From: Lama glama
Taxonomy: Eukaryota
Length of the DNA: 64,000 bases
NCBI GenBank assembly: GCA_028534125.1
Contig: CM052817.1
Coordinates: 68,388,001 to 68,452,000 of the forward strand
Direction: 5' to 3'
In this document: positions 1-13,179 of the stretch, piece by piece
Numbering within the stretch: the stretch's first letter is position 1
Layout: every line of letters starts with the position of its first letter
Notes under the pieces: model-generated
Told to the model about the DNA's origin: nothing
Seen by the model: the letters and a program-made list of their open reading frames with translations, nothing else
The model's database searches: none
Made by a program: the position numbers and the translations under genes

Positions 1-539
1 AGAACCAACTCTGACACCACCTAACTCTGAATATCATGTAAATCAACGATAGCCACTACTAATAGCCAAAGCATTCATTCATGACTGTATAGTTACTTCT
101 AGGGAGTGGGACTGAGGGTGCAGGAAGGGAGAATAGTGTCTTATTTTTCATTGTATATTGTTTTGTGCTGCTTTAATTTGTTTTACCATAAATGGGCAAT
201 ACTTTCAAAATTATAAAGCAACTCATTTAATTTTTTAAAATTTTATTTCTGAATAACTAGTATGTTAATGTGGAGAAAACTGAGAGTCGTGCTGTTTTAA
301 GTAGTGCCCTGACTCATTAGCCACAACTTAGACCCAGGCACTCTTTGCAACAACATGCATGTATGCCACCACTTGGAAGATTTGAGGAGTTCGTTAATTT
401 TGAATTTTAAACACACATTTTCCTTCTTTCCAAACTATTTGTGAGCATTCGTATGTCTCCTCAACAATGAATTTGTCCTTGGTAGTTACTTAAGGTACTG
501 TGAGGATTCCAGGACACTGAAGCCTTGGGTTCAGATCAT

Positions 540-1098
540 AGTGGTTAGAGACACATTTTAAGATTTCTTCCCAGTTCTCTTCTTGAAGAATACTCCCCTC
601 CCTCAGCCAACTAGAGTACCAGCTCTGAGCCCTTCTTCCTGTGTTTATATCAAATAAACCCAACCATCACTGATTAGAAAAGAGGTGGACATCTGATCCA
701 TGAACCAGACCAAACTGATTGTTTCTTGAGAACTGAACGGAGAGACCCAGGCTGGGAGTCAGGTGGTGGTGGTCTCGAGAACTGCAAGGGCCTGTGGACC
801 AAGAGGCGATGACAGCTATGGAGGGCCACGCACGTGAGGAGCATGCACAGAGAGCCAGCCTGCAGGGAGAGGCTGCACACAGCAGGGCAGGAAACAGACA
901 AGTGTTGGGTGAGAACTTGCAGCCCAAGAACAGCGGCTGAGCCCTGAAGTCTTCAGTTTCCAAGTCTAATTCCCCGTGGGGCTCCACCGTCCTTCCTCTC
1001 TTGAATTCCATGAGGAGCTGTCATATAATAAATCCTCTTTTATATGAGGCAGCCAGAGTAGGGTTAGTTTCTTGTCACCAAATGAGCCGTAAGTACAA
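540..1098 (+). mobile_element. Old ERVL/MaLR-class solo LTR (LTR16/MLT1-like)
   Basis: 3' end AATAAATCCTCTTTT...GTTTCTTGTCACCAAA...TACA is typical of these LTRs; 5' boundary uncertain. Confidence 0.55.
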
Positions 1099-1959
1099 GT
1101 GAAGCCTTATCATTTTAGAAATTCTACACGTATAACTCCGTTCACAGCAAGGGAGTATTTGATAATGACATCTCCTCTGAAATACTTCCACCCAAGATTT
1201 GTGGCTTCATTCTTCAGAGACTAACGACATTTAAAACTTGATGTTAATTACAGCATTGGATTAGCTATATACAGCCTTAGAGAAAGTCAGACCATCATAT
1301 TTTGTCATTTAATTCCTTTGTAGAGAGAGAGCTGTAAAATTTATGACTCACTCTCCATTTGCCCTACTTTTTTCAATGTGAAGATGCTTCATTTTCCCTG
1401 AAGAAGAAGAATGGTAGCAATTGAATGGCTTTGCCTCCTCCTGGCATCTCTTAACATTTACCACCTTCCCCAGCAGCAGGCCTGTTCTGTTCATGGTGAT
1501 TTTCTCCTGCTAAACATTGCTAACAAACTCTGGGGGGCCTTCGTATTTTTGTCCAGCTTCAACCGATATGAGACCCAGCAAAGGACTATTTCTGATATGA
1601 AGCCAGCTCATTTACCTTTTAACCTAAGGAATAGGTAAGAGTAAAATGAATTTGGGGAGATACACAAATAGGAGAATGAAAAATGTGATAAAGAGATGAG
1701 TTAAGAATTCACCTTGTGGAGAAAATGCTCAAGAAAGCATAGATTCTGAAGAATATCCTTAGAGCCAATGAAATAGCTGGGAACTTCCTATGTGATCACT
1801 TGCCTTTTCTTGGCATCTCTACATAGAGACAATGGTCTTTCACAGCCAAGATGTGTGCTGTTTTAATAGTCACAATTAGGATGCTTCCAACCTTGTCCTG
1901 GTGGACACAGACTCTTCCTTCTCTTTCCCTTGGTAACGAACAATAGTATAGCAAGGGCA

Positions 1960-2165
1960 GTAAACATGATGGTTACAAACACGCTCTAAAGCCAAACTGC
2001 CTCGTTTCGGACTCCAGCTCCATCCCTCAAAAGCTATGTGACCTGGCAAGTTATTTAACCTCTTTGTGCCTCTGTGTTTTCATATGTAAAATGGGATAAT
2101 ACTAGTACCTACCTCATGAGAAGGATGTGAGAAGTAAATGAGTCCTGGTGTATTGTATGTGCTCA
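1960..2165 (+). mobile_element. MIR SINE
   Basis: MIR core GCTATGTGACCTGGCAAGTTATTTAACCTCTTTGTGCCTC...TGTAAAATGGGATAATA. Confidence 0.8.
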
Positions 2166-2679
2166 GGAAAGTCGGCTGTCGTGATGAGTGTTGTCATTGT
2201 TCGTATTATTTGAGCAAGTATGAGGGAGGACGGAAAGCTGAGTCAGTCTCCCATCAGGAGTTTACTCTTAACACTGGATGACCTAAGTGAGGCGAGCAAG
2301 GGCCATGAAGTCAGGCTTTACTTCTTATTAGCCTCCTGACCTCGGCCAAGTTACTTAACTTCTCCACGCCTTGGTCTGCTTACCTAAAGTTGGGCATAAT
2401 AATAGGGTCTACCACACCATAAGTGCCCCAAGTTAGTTATATACAAAGAGCACAGCAGGATTTAATTACCAAATGAATATCTATTGTCAAAAGAAAATGC
2501 CATAAGGATTCTGAAAGTGAGGAATGCTGCCTCAGTTCCCCCAGAGAAACTGATAATGGACAGAAACACAGAGTATAGCAAACCCAGGTTCACTTGCTCA
2601 TGCTCTGTATGGGCTCCCACACAAAGCTCTCCTCTTAGTGCCCCAGGAAAGGACGCAGAATGGCCAATGCATGTTTTAT

Positions 2680-3770
2680 GTCTTTTTTCCTTTTACTTGC
2701 GTTAAGATTTTGTCTTTGACTTTACCAGTATCGTCTAGGTATGGTTTTCTTATATACATCGTGCTTGGGGTTCGTGATGCTCTTTAAATCTAGCTTGATA
2801 TTTTTCCAGAACTTTGGAAAATTCTCAGCCATTCTCTCGACATACCTTTATTCTACCCCATTCTCTTTGTCCTGCTCTCTCTCTCCTTCTAGGATTAGTT
2901 ACATACACATTAGACTTTTTCACCTGTCCCTGTGTCTCTTTCGCTCTTTTATGCATTTTCCATCCTTTTGTCTTTCCATGATTCAACCTAGGTGCTTCCT
3001 TCTGACTTATTTAACTCTTTTTCAACTGTATTTAATCTGTTATTTAAACCCATTCATTGAATTCATAATATCGGTTATTGTGTTTTCAGTTATTTTTATT
3101 CCCACTACCTGTCCTCTGCCAAATTTCTCAATCTTGCTTTTGATTTCTTAAATGTGTTCATCATAATTTTCAAAAATTCTGTTGAATAACTCCAATGTCT
3201 AAACCCCCACAAGCCTGTTTCTATTATCCTCTATTTTTCTTTCAGCCTCATCTCTTTATGTGCTTGATACTTTTTAAATTGATTGCCAGCCTTTGATACA
3301 AAACATTCAGAAATCATTTGTGGCCACTGGTGATGTTACCTTCCTCCAGAGAGGGTTCATCTTGCTTCTGGCAAGCAGGTAGGCTGGAGTGGTAGCAGTT
3401 ACACGTCACCTAACCCATCAGCCTTGGATCTTTGTGAGGGCAGGTCTGTAGCCAGCATACCCCTTCTCCTTGGGTGTATACCCCTTCAGGATTGCCAAAG
3501 AACACCTGGGAGCTTTACCAGGTCCCATCCTCCTCGAATCTTTCTTCTCCCTGGCCCAAACGTCCACTGAAAGGATCCTACCTCTCCACTCCCACTTTTA
3601 GAATTGGCATTCACAGGAAGAAGTAAAGCAGTGAATTTCAAGCTCATTTCTTTGTGCTCCCCTGTGCTCCCATATCCGGACCCCACAAACCCAGTTCCTC
3701 ACCACCTAGGGAGTGTTTCTAGTTTTCAGAGAAAGGCTTGGTTCAAAGCATCCTGGTCCACCGTTGCTAG
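2680..3770 (-). mobile_element. Ancient L1M LINE fragment (antisense)
   Basis: T-rich degenerate L1 text such as TTTGGAAAATTCTCAGCCATT and TAACTCCAATGTCT; explains the hydrophobic ORF 2741..3151. Confidence 0.65.
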
Positions 3771-5056
3771 CAGCAGAACCCTTGCCTGTGTTTTTGTTGC
3801 ACGTCTAGTGATCTTACTTTTCATATTTCAAGAAGCATGCAGATTTCTTAAAATACAACAGCAACAACAACAACAACAAGAGACAGAGTTCCAAACAGCT
3901 TGCCAAACAAAGTTTTAGTGGAGAAAATGCATCTTAAAAACATAGGTAGATCAATGGGAAAGGATGGAAACATTCCTAAGGAGACCCAAATCTTCACCAC
4001 AGATGGCAAGGCCAGCATATTCCTTCAAGTTATAAATCACATTATCAATACTTTGAGGAACCTTTTGTGTGACCCCTTCAGTTTCCAGGATGTTACTAAA
4101 GTCCATGGGAACCTTTATTCCTGACTCACTAGGTTTTAATCTCCTTTCTTCTAGCCCAGCCTAGGGTTACTTTTGATGGGTAAAAAAGATTGATTCATTA
4201 CCATACAAAAGGCAAGTGGATGGTGACAATAATCTGTTATGTAGGGTTTTTTTTTCTTTATTTGAGAAAACAAACCAAATTAAATGACGACAAGGGAAGA
4301 AGCTGTCTTCAATCACAGCCCGAAAGGTTGGATAGGACTTAGATGCGATGCAGTACCACACACACACGAGTTATGCAATAGATACCTGTTAAATTATTTA
4401 TTGAAAAAAATAAATCTCTCTTCTAGGCTATAAAGAAATTTGAACTGATTGCACCAAGGAGTGACAGGAGCCGAGAGGACAGCTCCTGCCTGGCAGGGAG
4501 CATTTGGCACTGCTCCTAGAAACAGAGTTTCAGATCCAGCCAGTGCTTTCTTCTTCTTTTGAGTTGGCATGTGTCACTTTCATCTTTATTTCATTAAAAA
4601 TAATCAACTCTTTATGTCTCTAGTCCAGGTGAATCTCTCCGTCTCTGGAAGCTAAAATTGGCTTATCTGTTGGCAGAATTCATACCTGTTGTTGAAAGAA
4701 AGGAGCCTCTGCTTCCAGCCTCCATCACAGTAAGAGACAGGAAATCCCTGTGGCCAAAAAAAAAAAAAAAGGAATGCAGAAATAGCCCAATATTCCCTTC
4801 TCTCCCAGATCCTGTGTCAAGAGACAGAGGTGTAGACACTTCATAGCTTTCTATTCAGATAAAGTGTGAGCACGGACTGTGATCTGGATCATAAATATAC
4901 TGGAGTTCTACCTCCAAAGTTAGACTTTTCCTAACACCTACCATTCACTGAATGTTTCCTACATACTAGGCACTGCAATGATAGCATTATATTTTAACTC
5001 ATTGTGTTTTCACAGGAACTCTGCAAGACACAGGTGGTTTGTTTTATATTCTTTAA

Positions 5057-5526
5057 TGAAATGGTCAGTCAGGTGAGGCCACAGGAAAAGGCAGAGTTGA
5101 GGCTCAGGAAGAAACAAAGTTTATTACACTCACAGGTCCTAGAGACAGGAGGCATGCCAAGCAGGGTCATGTGGGGAAATCCAGGTTGGTAAGAAGCCAG
5201 AAGGCAGCAGTGGGGGGTAGTGTGGGGGGATTTCTTAGGCTACTCTATTGGGGTTCCCGCGGGAAAGGCAATGCAGGACAGCGCAGTTTAGGATAGTCCC
5301 TAATTGCCTGGCATCCGGCCCTGGGATGATTAAGGCAGAGGAATATATTGCCTCTGGGCCAACATGCCAGATAGAAGAGATACGGCTGTGGATAGGTTAG
5401 TTTGCATATCAAAGTCATGCTCTAGGCTGGGCCCTTTGCCATCTGGAAAAATGGGCTAGCCCAGGGAGGGGCAGTCTCTCTCCAGGCCGAATGCTTTCTT
5501 ACAATGTCAAAACATCATAATATACA
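5057..5526 (-). mobile_element. ERVL-class solo LTR (MER76-like) nested in an antisense MIR (about 4940..5050 and 5550..5650)
   Basis: The minus strand starts TGTATATTATGATGTTTTGACAT and ends in CA; MIR halves on both sides (AGAGGAAACTGAGG at about 5571). Confidence 0.6.
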
Positions 5527-6419
5527 GAAAATTATATATGCACAATACATTAGTCTTCCTATATAATAGAAGAGGAAACTGAGGTTCGGTTAGAGCTCAA
5601 CTAGTACTTACCAGAATAGGATTAAATTTGAAGTCTGGCTGAGCATCAGTGCTATCCCGCCTTGATTTTTCCTTAAGCAAAGTTCTTCCAAATCACACTG
5701 TATTCCCAGATGTGCATCTAGAAAAATGAGACCATACTGCTAGGGTGATTTGATTTATTTGATGAATTATTTTGCAAATTAACAGTAGTTAATATACACA
5801 TTTACCAGAGTTAAAGACACTGTAATCAAAAACATTACTCTACCAATATCTTCCAACTGTTCAATTTTAATTAATTTTATATTTCAGGTTATTTGCACTG
5901 TGGAGTAGGGCTTGGCTCATTCAGTAGACCACATAGCTTGAGCTGCATATTGTATGATATTTTGTTTTTTCCATCTGAGACAGAACAAGTAAAAATGGTC
6001 TTCACTGATTTACATAAGGAACTTTCTGACAAAGAGCTGTGAGGTCTTGGACTTATATTTTGCATCTTCATTTAGGAAAAAAAGAATCTATTCTATGGGA
6101 GACAGATTTTATTGTTTGAACAGAGGGGGCAAAAGTGAACAGTTGTAGAAAATGTAAACTATCTGAATATAGGAAAGATAGTACAACTGGGAATTTAAAG
6201 AATTTCTAGAGAATAGAACTCAAAAGCAGGAAAAAAATTGATAGGAAATCCTAAAACAACAAATAAACACCTAAGTTACAGCTTTCATATCAAGCCTAAG
6301 TCTTAATATTTTGTAGCCTATCTTTTTATATATTGAATTTATTTCAGTCCTGCTTCTTTCCAGAATGGACTTGGTTTTCTCCAGAAAAACCTCAAGAAAT
6401 GACAATATCAAATAAGGGT

Positions 6420-7582
6420 AGTACAAGAAGACTGTTTCTTCCTATTCACAACACTTCCAACACCAAATGTGTGAGTTTTCTATGACAAGCACTTCAACTC
6501 TATGTGACACCAGCTGGGCGTCCTACAGTTTAATTCATTGTGACACTGACTATCCAGAGTTAGCACAGACCTCACAGGTCAAAGGCTCAGTCCCATAAGA
6601 CTGACCCCACTTCCGACACCAGTCACTTGTGTTATCACTGGTGCTTCTGACTAACCAGCTATAAATCAGAGGTTCCCATGACCCTCTCCTTGGGTCCTAC
6701 TTTGCTAGAGTAGCTCATAAAACACAAAGAAATACTTTACTTAATATTACCAGTTTATTACAAGGGATACAACTCAGAAGCAGCCAAATGGAGGAGATGT
6801 ATAGGACAACATACGTGGGAAGAGGTGAAGAGCTTCCACACCCTTTCCAGTCTGCCACCCTCCTGGCACATGGATGCATTTATCAACCCAGAATCTTTAA
6901 GGTTCTTATGGAGGTTTCATTCTGTAGGCATGACTGATTAGATCATTGGCCATTGGTGATTAGCTCAGCCCCTGCCCTTCTCCCCTCCTCAGAAGTCTCG
7001 GGGTGGGGCTGAAAGTTCCAGCCATCTAATTGCACAGTTGGTTCCTCTGGCAACCAGCTCCCATCCTAAGGCTATCTTGGGTCCCATCAAGAGTCACATC
7101 CTGTGACTTCTACAAAACAGAAATAGACTCACAGACATAGTAAACAACCTTATGGTTACCTGGGAAAGGGTGTGGGAAGGGATAAATTTGGGAGTTTGAC
7201 ATTTACAAATGTTAGCCACTATATATAAAAATAGATTTATAAAAGTTTCTTCAATATAGCACAGGGAACTATGTTCAATATCTTGTAATAAATAACCTTT
7301 AATGAAAAAGAATATGAGAACTAACATATGTATGTATATGCACGACTAGGACATTGCACTGTACACCAGAAATGGACACATTGTAATTGACTGCACTTCA
7401 ATTTAAAAGAAAAGTCACATCCTTAACCTAAACACAAGTATGGTCAAAAGGGGCTGATTATGAATAACAAAAGACCCTCTTCTCACCCTCACCATCCAGG
7501 AAATTACAAAGGTTTTAGGAGTTCTGTGCCAAGACCAAATATCAAATGAAAGACCAAATGTACATTTCTTATTACATCACAA
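6420..7582 (-). mobile_element. MER21-like LTR interrupted by a younger L1 3' fragment
   Basis: GACACCAGCTGGGCGTCCTACAG...GGCTCAGTCCCATAAGACTGACCCCACTTC matches MER21-family text; it resumes after 7423. Confidence 0.65.
7103..7412 (+). mobile_element. 5'-truncated artiodactyl-type L1 3' UTR with target-site duplication
   Basis: TACAAAACAGAAATAGACTCACAGACATAG...CTGTACACCAGAAA; A-rich tail; TSD AGTCACATCCT at 7092..7102 and 7413..7423. Confidence 0.85.
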
Positions 7583-7886
7583 CATGTCAGGTAATAAAAC
7601 AGAAAGAGAAAATCAGGACCAGTGAAAGAAGGAAAAGAGCACACATGCTAACCCACCCCAAGAGTTTAAGTACCTCTTGTGGCAGAATTTAACTCTAAGC
7701 TTCTTGGTAGTCACTTATAAAAATATTTATATTAATTAATTAATTGATTGATTAATCAATTAATCTTTCAAGTTTATGTGAAAATTTTAACTGTCTATAA
7801 TAAAATAAATAACATTAAACATAACTGGCATACAAAATTTAAATTATTGGGGGAAATTAATGGTGAAATATATATATCGCTTTAAA

Positions 7887-8275
7887 ATTTTTTAATAGTC
7901 TATTTTTTAGAGCAGTTACAGAGTCACAGCAAAATTGAATGGAAGGTACAGAGATTTCTCATATGTTCCCCGCCCCGACACATGCGTAGCCTCCCCCATT
8001 ATCAACATCCCTCACCAAGTGGTACATTTGTTACAGTCGGTACGCCTATGTTAACACACTGTAATCACCCAAAGACCCTAGTTTGCACTAGGGTTCACTC
8101 TTGGTGGTGTACATTCTATGGGATTTGATACATGTATTATGGCATGCATCCCCCATCGTAGTATGATACAGAATAGTTCTGCTGCCCTAAAAATCCTCTG
8201 TCCTCTGCTCATCATCCCCCTCTCCTCATTAACACCTGGCAACCACTGATCTTTTTACTGTCTCCATGGTTTTCT
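7887..8275 (-). mobile_element. L1MC-like 3' end
   Basis: TTTAGAGCAGTTACAGAGTCACAGCAAAATTGA...CCTGGCAACCACTGATCTTTTTACTGTCTCCAT. Confidence 0.75.
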
Positions 8276-8391
8276 GCGAGCCACTTTTAAAAGTGAAATT
8301 TGATATAGTAAGCTTTCATCAGAAAATAGAAGACATAAAATTTTCTCCAAAGAGACAAAACTTTTTCTTGGCCCTAAGTTCTGTAAGAAAT

Positions 8392-8891
8392 NNNNNNNNN
8401 NNNNNNNNNNNNNNNNNNNNNNNNNNNNNNNNNNNNNNNNNNNNNNNNNNNNNNNNNNNNNNNNNNNNNNNNNNNNNNNNNNNNNNNNNNNNNNNNNNNN
8501 NNNNNNNNNNNNNNNNNNNNNNNNNNNNNNNNNNNNNNNNNNNNNNNNNNNNNNNNNNNNNNNNNNNNNNNNNNNNNNNNNNNNNNNNNNNNNNNNNNNN
8601 NNNNNNNNNNNNNNNNNNNNNNNNNNNNNNNNNNNNNNNNNNNNNNNNNNNNNNNNNNNNNNNNNNNNNNNNNNNNNNNNNNNNNNNNNNNNNNNNNNNN
8701 NNNNNNNNNNNNNNNNNNNNNNNNNNNNNNNNNNNNNNNNNNNNNNNNNNNNNNNNNNNNNNNNNNNNNNNNNNNNNNNNNNNNNNNNNNNNNNNNNNNN
8801 NNNNNNNNNNNNNNNNNNNNNNNNNNNNNNNNNNNNNNNNNNNNNNNNNNNNNNNNNNNNNNNNNNNNNNNNNNNNNNNNNNNNNNNNNNN
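8392..8891. other. Assembly gap (500 N)
   Basis: Run of exactly 500 N. Confidence 1.
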
Positions 8892-9703
8892 GGTTTAGAT
8901 AGCAGTGACTTCTCAGGGATAATTTGTAAACATTTCTTTTTTTGATGTTTTGGAAGAGTTTAAATAGGATTGGAACTATCTATTCTTTGAAAGGATGATA
9001 TGCTCTGATTTTGGTATAACTACAGCTGCTGTGTGTAGGCTGGAAAGCTTGTGACACACGTTATTTTGTGAAAGCATTACCTACGCTCACTTGGAAGATA
9101 CCGTATATTTCCAGGTATCATTGTGAAAAATAAAAATGTTAGTATATTCACTGCTCCTTTGCATTTATAAGGTATCCTAAGAAAGGGATGGGGTCAGGCA
9201 ATGGTTGTTTTGCAAGAAGAAATGAAAGGAAATGAGAATATCCAGAAATTTGGGGCCTTCCAGATTTGAAAAAGACAACTGCTCTTATGCCCTGAACATT
9301 AATATAAATATAGGGCTACAAGCCTTGTGGCAAGGCTCAGAATAAGGGTTTTGTCCTCCCAAACAACCCTATTATTTCAGCTAGCCTCAAGGTGGCCTCC
9401 ATTAAGATGAAAGAGTAAGGTATGGACACAAGAAAGCAAAGAAATAAAGCAGGCTTAAGAACCGGGACTAGAAAAGACTTTGGTCATGGTTATCTGCACA
9501 AGGAACTGACTGGAAGCAATTAGATCAGAAGCCTATTGGGGTTTTCAGGAAATCTTAAAGCCACGGAAACCATGAGTCTGGCCTGAAAATGTACTGTCTC
9601 TGTTAGCCCCTTAAAAGCAACACTCAGGCCTTCAGTGTGTACCAGTAGAAAAAGGACTGTAAAGGATGTACAGCCTCCAAGGAAGGCATATGCTCCAGTA
9701 GTC

Positions 9704-9766
9704 CCTCCTCCTCCTCCTTCTTCTCCTTCTCCTCCTTCTTCTTCTTCTTCTTCTTTTTTTTTTTTT
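9704..9766. repeat. (CTC/CTT)n trinucleotide tract ending in poly-T
   Basis: Uninterrupted pyrimidine tract of about 60 nt seen directly. Confidence 0.95.
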
Positions 9767-9895
9767 CAATAACAGACATTTATTTCTCACAGTTCTGGAG
9801 GCTGAGAAGTTCAAGTTCAAGGTGCCAGAAGATTCAATGTCTGGTGAGGACCGTCTTTCCAGTTTACAGAGGGTCTCTTTGCTGTATTTCATCCT
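9767..9895 (-). mobile_element. MaLR LTR fragment (MLT1A/MST-like)
   Basis: AACAGACATTTATTTCTCACAGTTCTGGAGGCTGAGAAGTTCAAG. Confidence 0.75.
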
Positions 9896-11170
9896 AGTAG
9901 CATGGGTAAAAAATTAATGTTGGCTATTACCAATGATGATGATGAGGGTGATAACCTAACGATGGATGATGGTGAAGTCAAGAGGAGAGGATTATTATTT
10001 TACTTCCACGTTTTATATTTTAAAACCGTGGACCAGAATGGTTAAATAAGTCAAGGTACACAGCAGGCAAACAGCGCACCAGCACTCAGTTCTGGGGGAG
10101 ATTCCCAGGCCCAAGCTTCTTACCATGACTCTGCCCATGCTCAGCGGGGTCTCACCTCTGAATGTTGGCCTGTGTTCTCTTCCCTTCTGATGTGGCTCTG
10201 GAAGATGAGGGGATGAGGCCGTAGACACAGAGGAGACCTGACTGTCTGACCACAGTACTTCCTCCACTGCCAGGGAGAGCATCTCTGTCATTCCTGCTCA
10301 TCTGGGACTCAGAACTGCTGTGGGTGAGCAGTTGTGTGTTCCTCATCCTTCTTTTTTCTTAATAGGAGTTTTTGAAGCAGGGATCTTGTCCCTGTGTCAC
10401 CAGTGCACGTGGGACAAGAGGAGCAATAGCTTGCTTAACAGTTTGCACGACACTGACTCTGAGACCTTGATAGAGACAACATACCTTCTATCCCCTTTGC
10501 CCAAACACCACCCCCACTGCATGCCTTTTATTCAGTCTCTGCTCAAAATTCATCTCCCAGAGGCGACCAAATCACTCCACCTGAAATCACAGCCCATCTC
10601 TTCCTGTCACCTTATCTTTCCTCACCCTCTTTACACCTCTGTCCTCTCTTCAAAGCACCTATTATTTTGCTCCCCGACTGCAGTGTAAACTCTTTCAAGG
10701 ACACAACTTTGTCTTGTTCCCAGCTGAAGTCCTGGCACCTAGAAATGGCCAATACATACATGGTAGGCTGTCAATAAATATTTGCTGGGAAAAAGATTAA
10801 ATAATTGAGAGTTTCTGATTTCCAAGTGTTTGAAGTTGTGTTCATTTGGCTCTATTTTGCTGTTTATCTGTATCACGTTGTGAGCAGCGATAGAAAATTA
10901 TTTGTGTGTGAGGAAATTGGGACTTTTCCTTGCAAGGTGGCATTATCTGGTATAAAATCCAGCCACAAGGTTGTCCTACTGGAAAAGTGCAGATACTGCT
11001 AAAAGCACGCTGTTTGGTCTGGTTCTTTCTTGTTGGTTTTTAAGGCTGAGAAAGTGACGTGTCAATCCCATGGGAACTCCCTCTCTGTTTTGGAAGGATC
11101 ATTGGTGGTCGTAATGGCAGCATACTAAGCAGTTAGACCTTGAAATTCCTTTAGAATCTCCTTACTCACA

Positions 11171-11188
11171 ATAAAAAAAAAAGTAAAA

Positions 11189-11227
<39 letters not shown>

Positions 11228-11228
11228 A
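11171..11228. repeat. Poly-A / (AAAT)n microsatellite
   Basis: About ten AAAT units seen directly. Confidence 0.95.
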
Positions 11229-12249
11229 TGCCAAAAAAAAGAATCTCCTCATTCCATGATTCAACAAAGCCTGATATAATTAGCTATGGCTTACTCGAGG
11301 GAGAAGGTAACGTCCACCAGGCAGAATTCAGTCCAACCCAATCCAGTTCATTTAACAGATGCTGAATTTAAGCCTTGTGCCAGACATTGTGCTGGGCACA
11401 GCGGATATAGTGACAACTGCCCTGGCCCTCCTATTGGTTAGATTAGTGTCTTGAGGGAACCTAGAGTTGGCAGAGAAACAATCACACCACAGTGCATTAA
11501 GAGTTACTCTCGGGCACGCATAGGGGTATTGAAGCACATACCACAGGAGTCTCAGCCAAGCAAAAAATCAAAAAGGCTTCCTGAGTGTCAGCTAAGCTTG
11601 GACCCAAAGAGAAAGTGGAGAGTGTCCATTTGAAGATGAATGGAGTGTTCTCTAGGCCAAAGAAAAGATACGGGGAAAAAATGAGGCAAGCAGAGAGGGT
11701 ATTATGCTCTTGCTCCACATAATTCATCTTTTCACCTGCGGCCTGTCCTCCTTTCCTTCTATCTCCGGTTTTTAGCCTGTAGGTTAGCCCCTTCCTCCCT
11801 AATCCTCCATTGCTCAATCCAGGAACCAGTCAACAAGGAAAAGGGCTACAGAGTAGCCACTGGACCCTGGAACCAAGCCTGTACTACACTTGCAAAATTT
11901 GATTTTCTGCAGAAAAAATAGTTTGTCTCCGACATTTTGGGAGTTCATTAGGAAGATCTGAAATGGATGACACCAAGCTGTTTGCCTAAAATAATGTCCC
12001 AAGCCTGAACTGGCATGGATATGTCCTGAGATTAAAATAGAAACTTGTTTTGCTAACAGAAAACAACTTGAAATCAGAGTCATTTAAGTTGAAACCATTA
12101 TTTTTCCTTTTCTTGCAGAAAATTCCTGTGTTTATACACATAAGAGATCAGGATAGTGAGGTCACTCTCTCACAGAACTTTCCATTAAAAATTTGAAGTT
12201 GGAGAAATCTCAAGAAGAAACTAAAGATTGGGGGGGGTATAGGCTAACA

Positions 12250-12740
12250 AACCCATTCCATAAACATTTATGAGCACCTACTGCACTACAGGCACTGAAC
12301 AAAGAAACTGGCCCTTGTAGAGTTTCCATTCTAGCAGAAAAATAGACATACAAAATAAGAAGTAAGCAAATTATATAGGAAACTATGAGTGAAAGAGCAA
12401 AGTAGAACAGACAAGACATCAGGAGGGGACAGGCTGCAATTTTAAATGCGGTGGTCAAGGTATGTCTCCTCGGAGAGGTGACATTTGAGCAAAGACTGAA
12501 GTGAGAATGAGCCACACAGATATCTGGGTCCAGTCAGAAGTAGTAGTCAATGGCCCGAGGCGAGAGTGTGCAGGAAAGGAACAGAAGCCAGGGATTAGAG
12601 GAAGAGAGGGCATAGGAAACTGGGTCTGAGAGGTATGGGACACCAGATCACTGCCCTGGGCAGTCATTCCGGCTAGGGTTTGGAAAGAGAGGAGACTTGA
12701 TTAGACTGATGTTTTAACATGCATTTTAGGTTAACCACTG
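12250..12740 (-). mobile_element. L2 LINE fragment
   Basis: AAACATTTATGAGCACCTACT...GGAGAGGTGACATTTGAGCAAAGACTGAAG. Confidence 0.7.
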
Positions 12741-13179
12741 AGTATTTTCATTTGAACACAGTCCTTTGGTACAATACATTTTGCTCTGCAACAGAGCAAC
12801 AATGGTTGCTCAAAATGGTTTCTGAATGATCTCGGCAAGATCTGGCACCACAAGACTTGTAAGTGTAACTGGCCCGCCTCTCTCTGGCCTGCACGTGCCC
12901 CTGGAGGGCAGACGCTGCTGTCCCTCTAAGGTGCTCAGACTGGAGCTGGCAGAGATAGAAACAGTCTGCACGTTTCTTCTTCAAAACTCACTGGAGGGCC
13001 AAACATTTCTTTCGGTGGTTACAAAATTTTTAAAAATCTGCCTCTGCCAACTCTGTGGGAGAAGCAAACTCCCGGAGTTTGCCTTTGCTAATTTGTCCAA
13101 GTCGTGCTGTGGTTTCACTAAAGGCAGACACTGTTCAGCTCCAGCCCCATAAACCTCTCTCGTCTTGGACTTTGCCCTC

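Noticed and set aside
3855..3879. Poly-Gln in ORF 3604..3918
   Set aside because: Short (CAA)n microsatellite in repeat-derived intergenic DNA; no splice or coding support.
8266..8898. 210-aa ORF (likewise the ORFs at 46217..46910)
   Set aside because: Artefacts of translating through N gaps.
9632..9892. ORF with a poly-Lys/Arg run resembling a protamine-like peptide
   Set aside because: Translation of the (CTT/CTC)n microsatellite plus a MaLR fragment.
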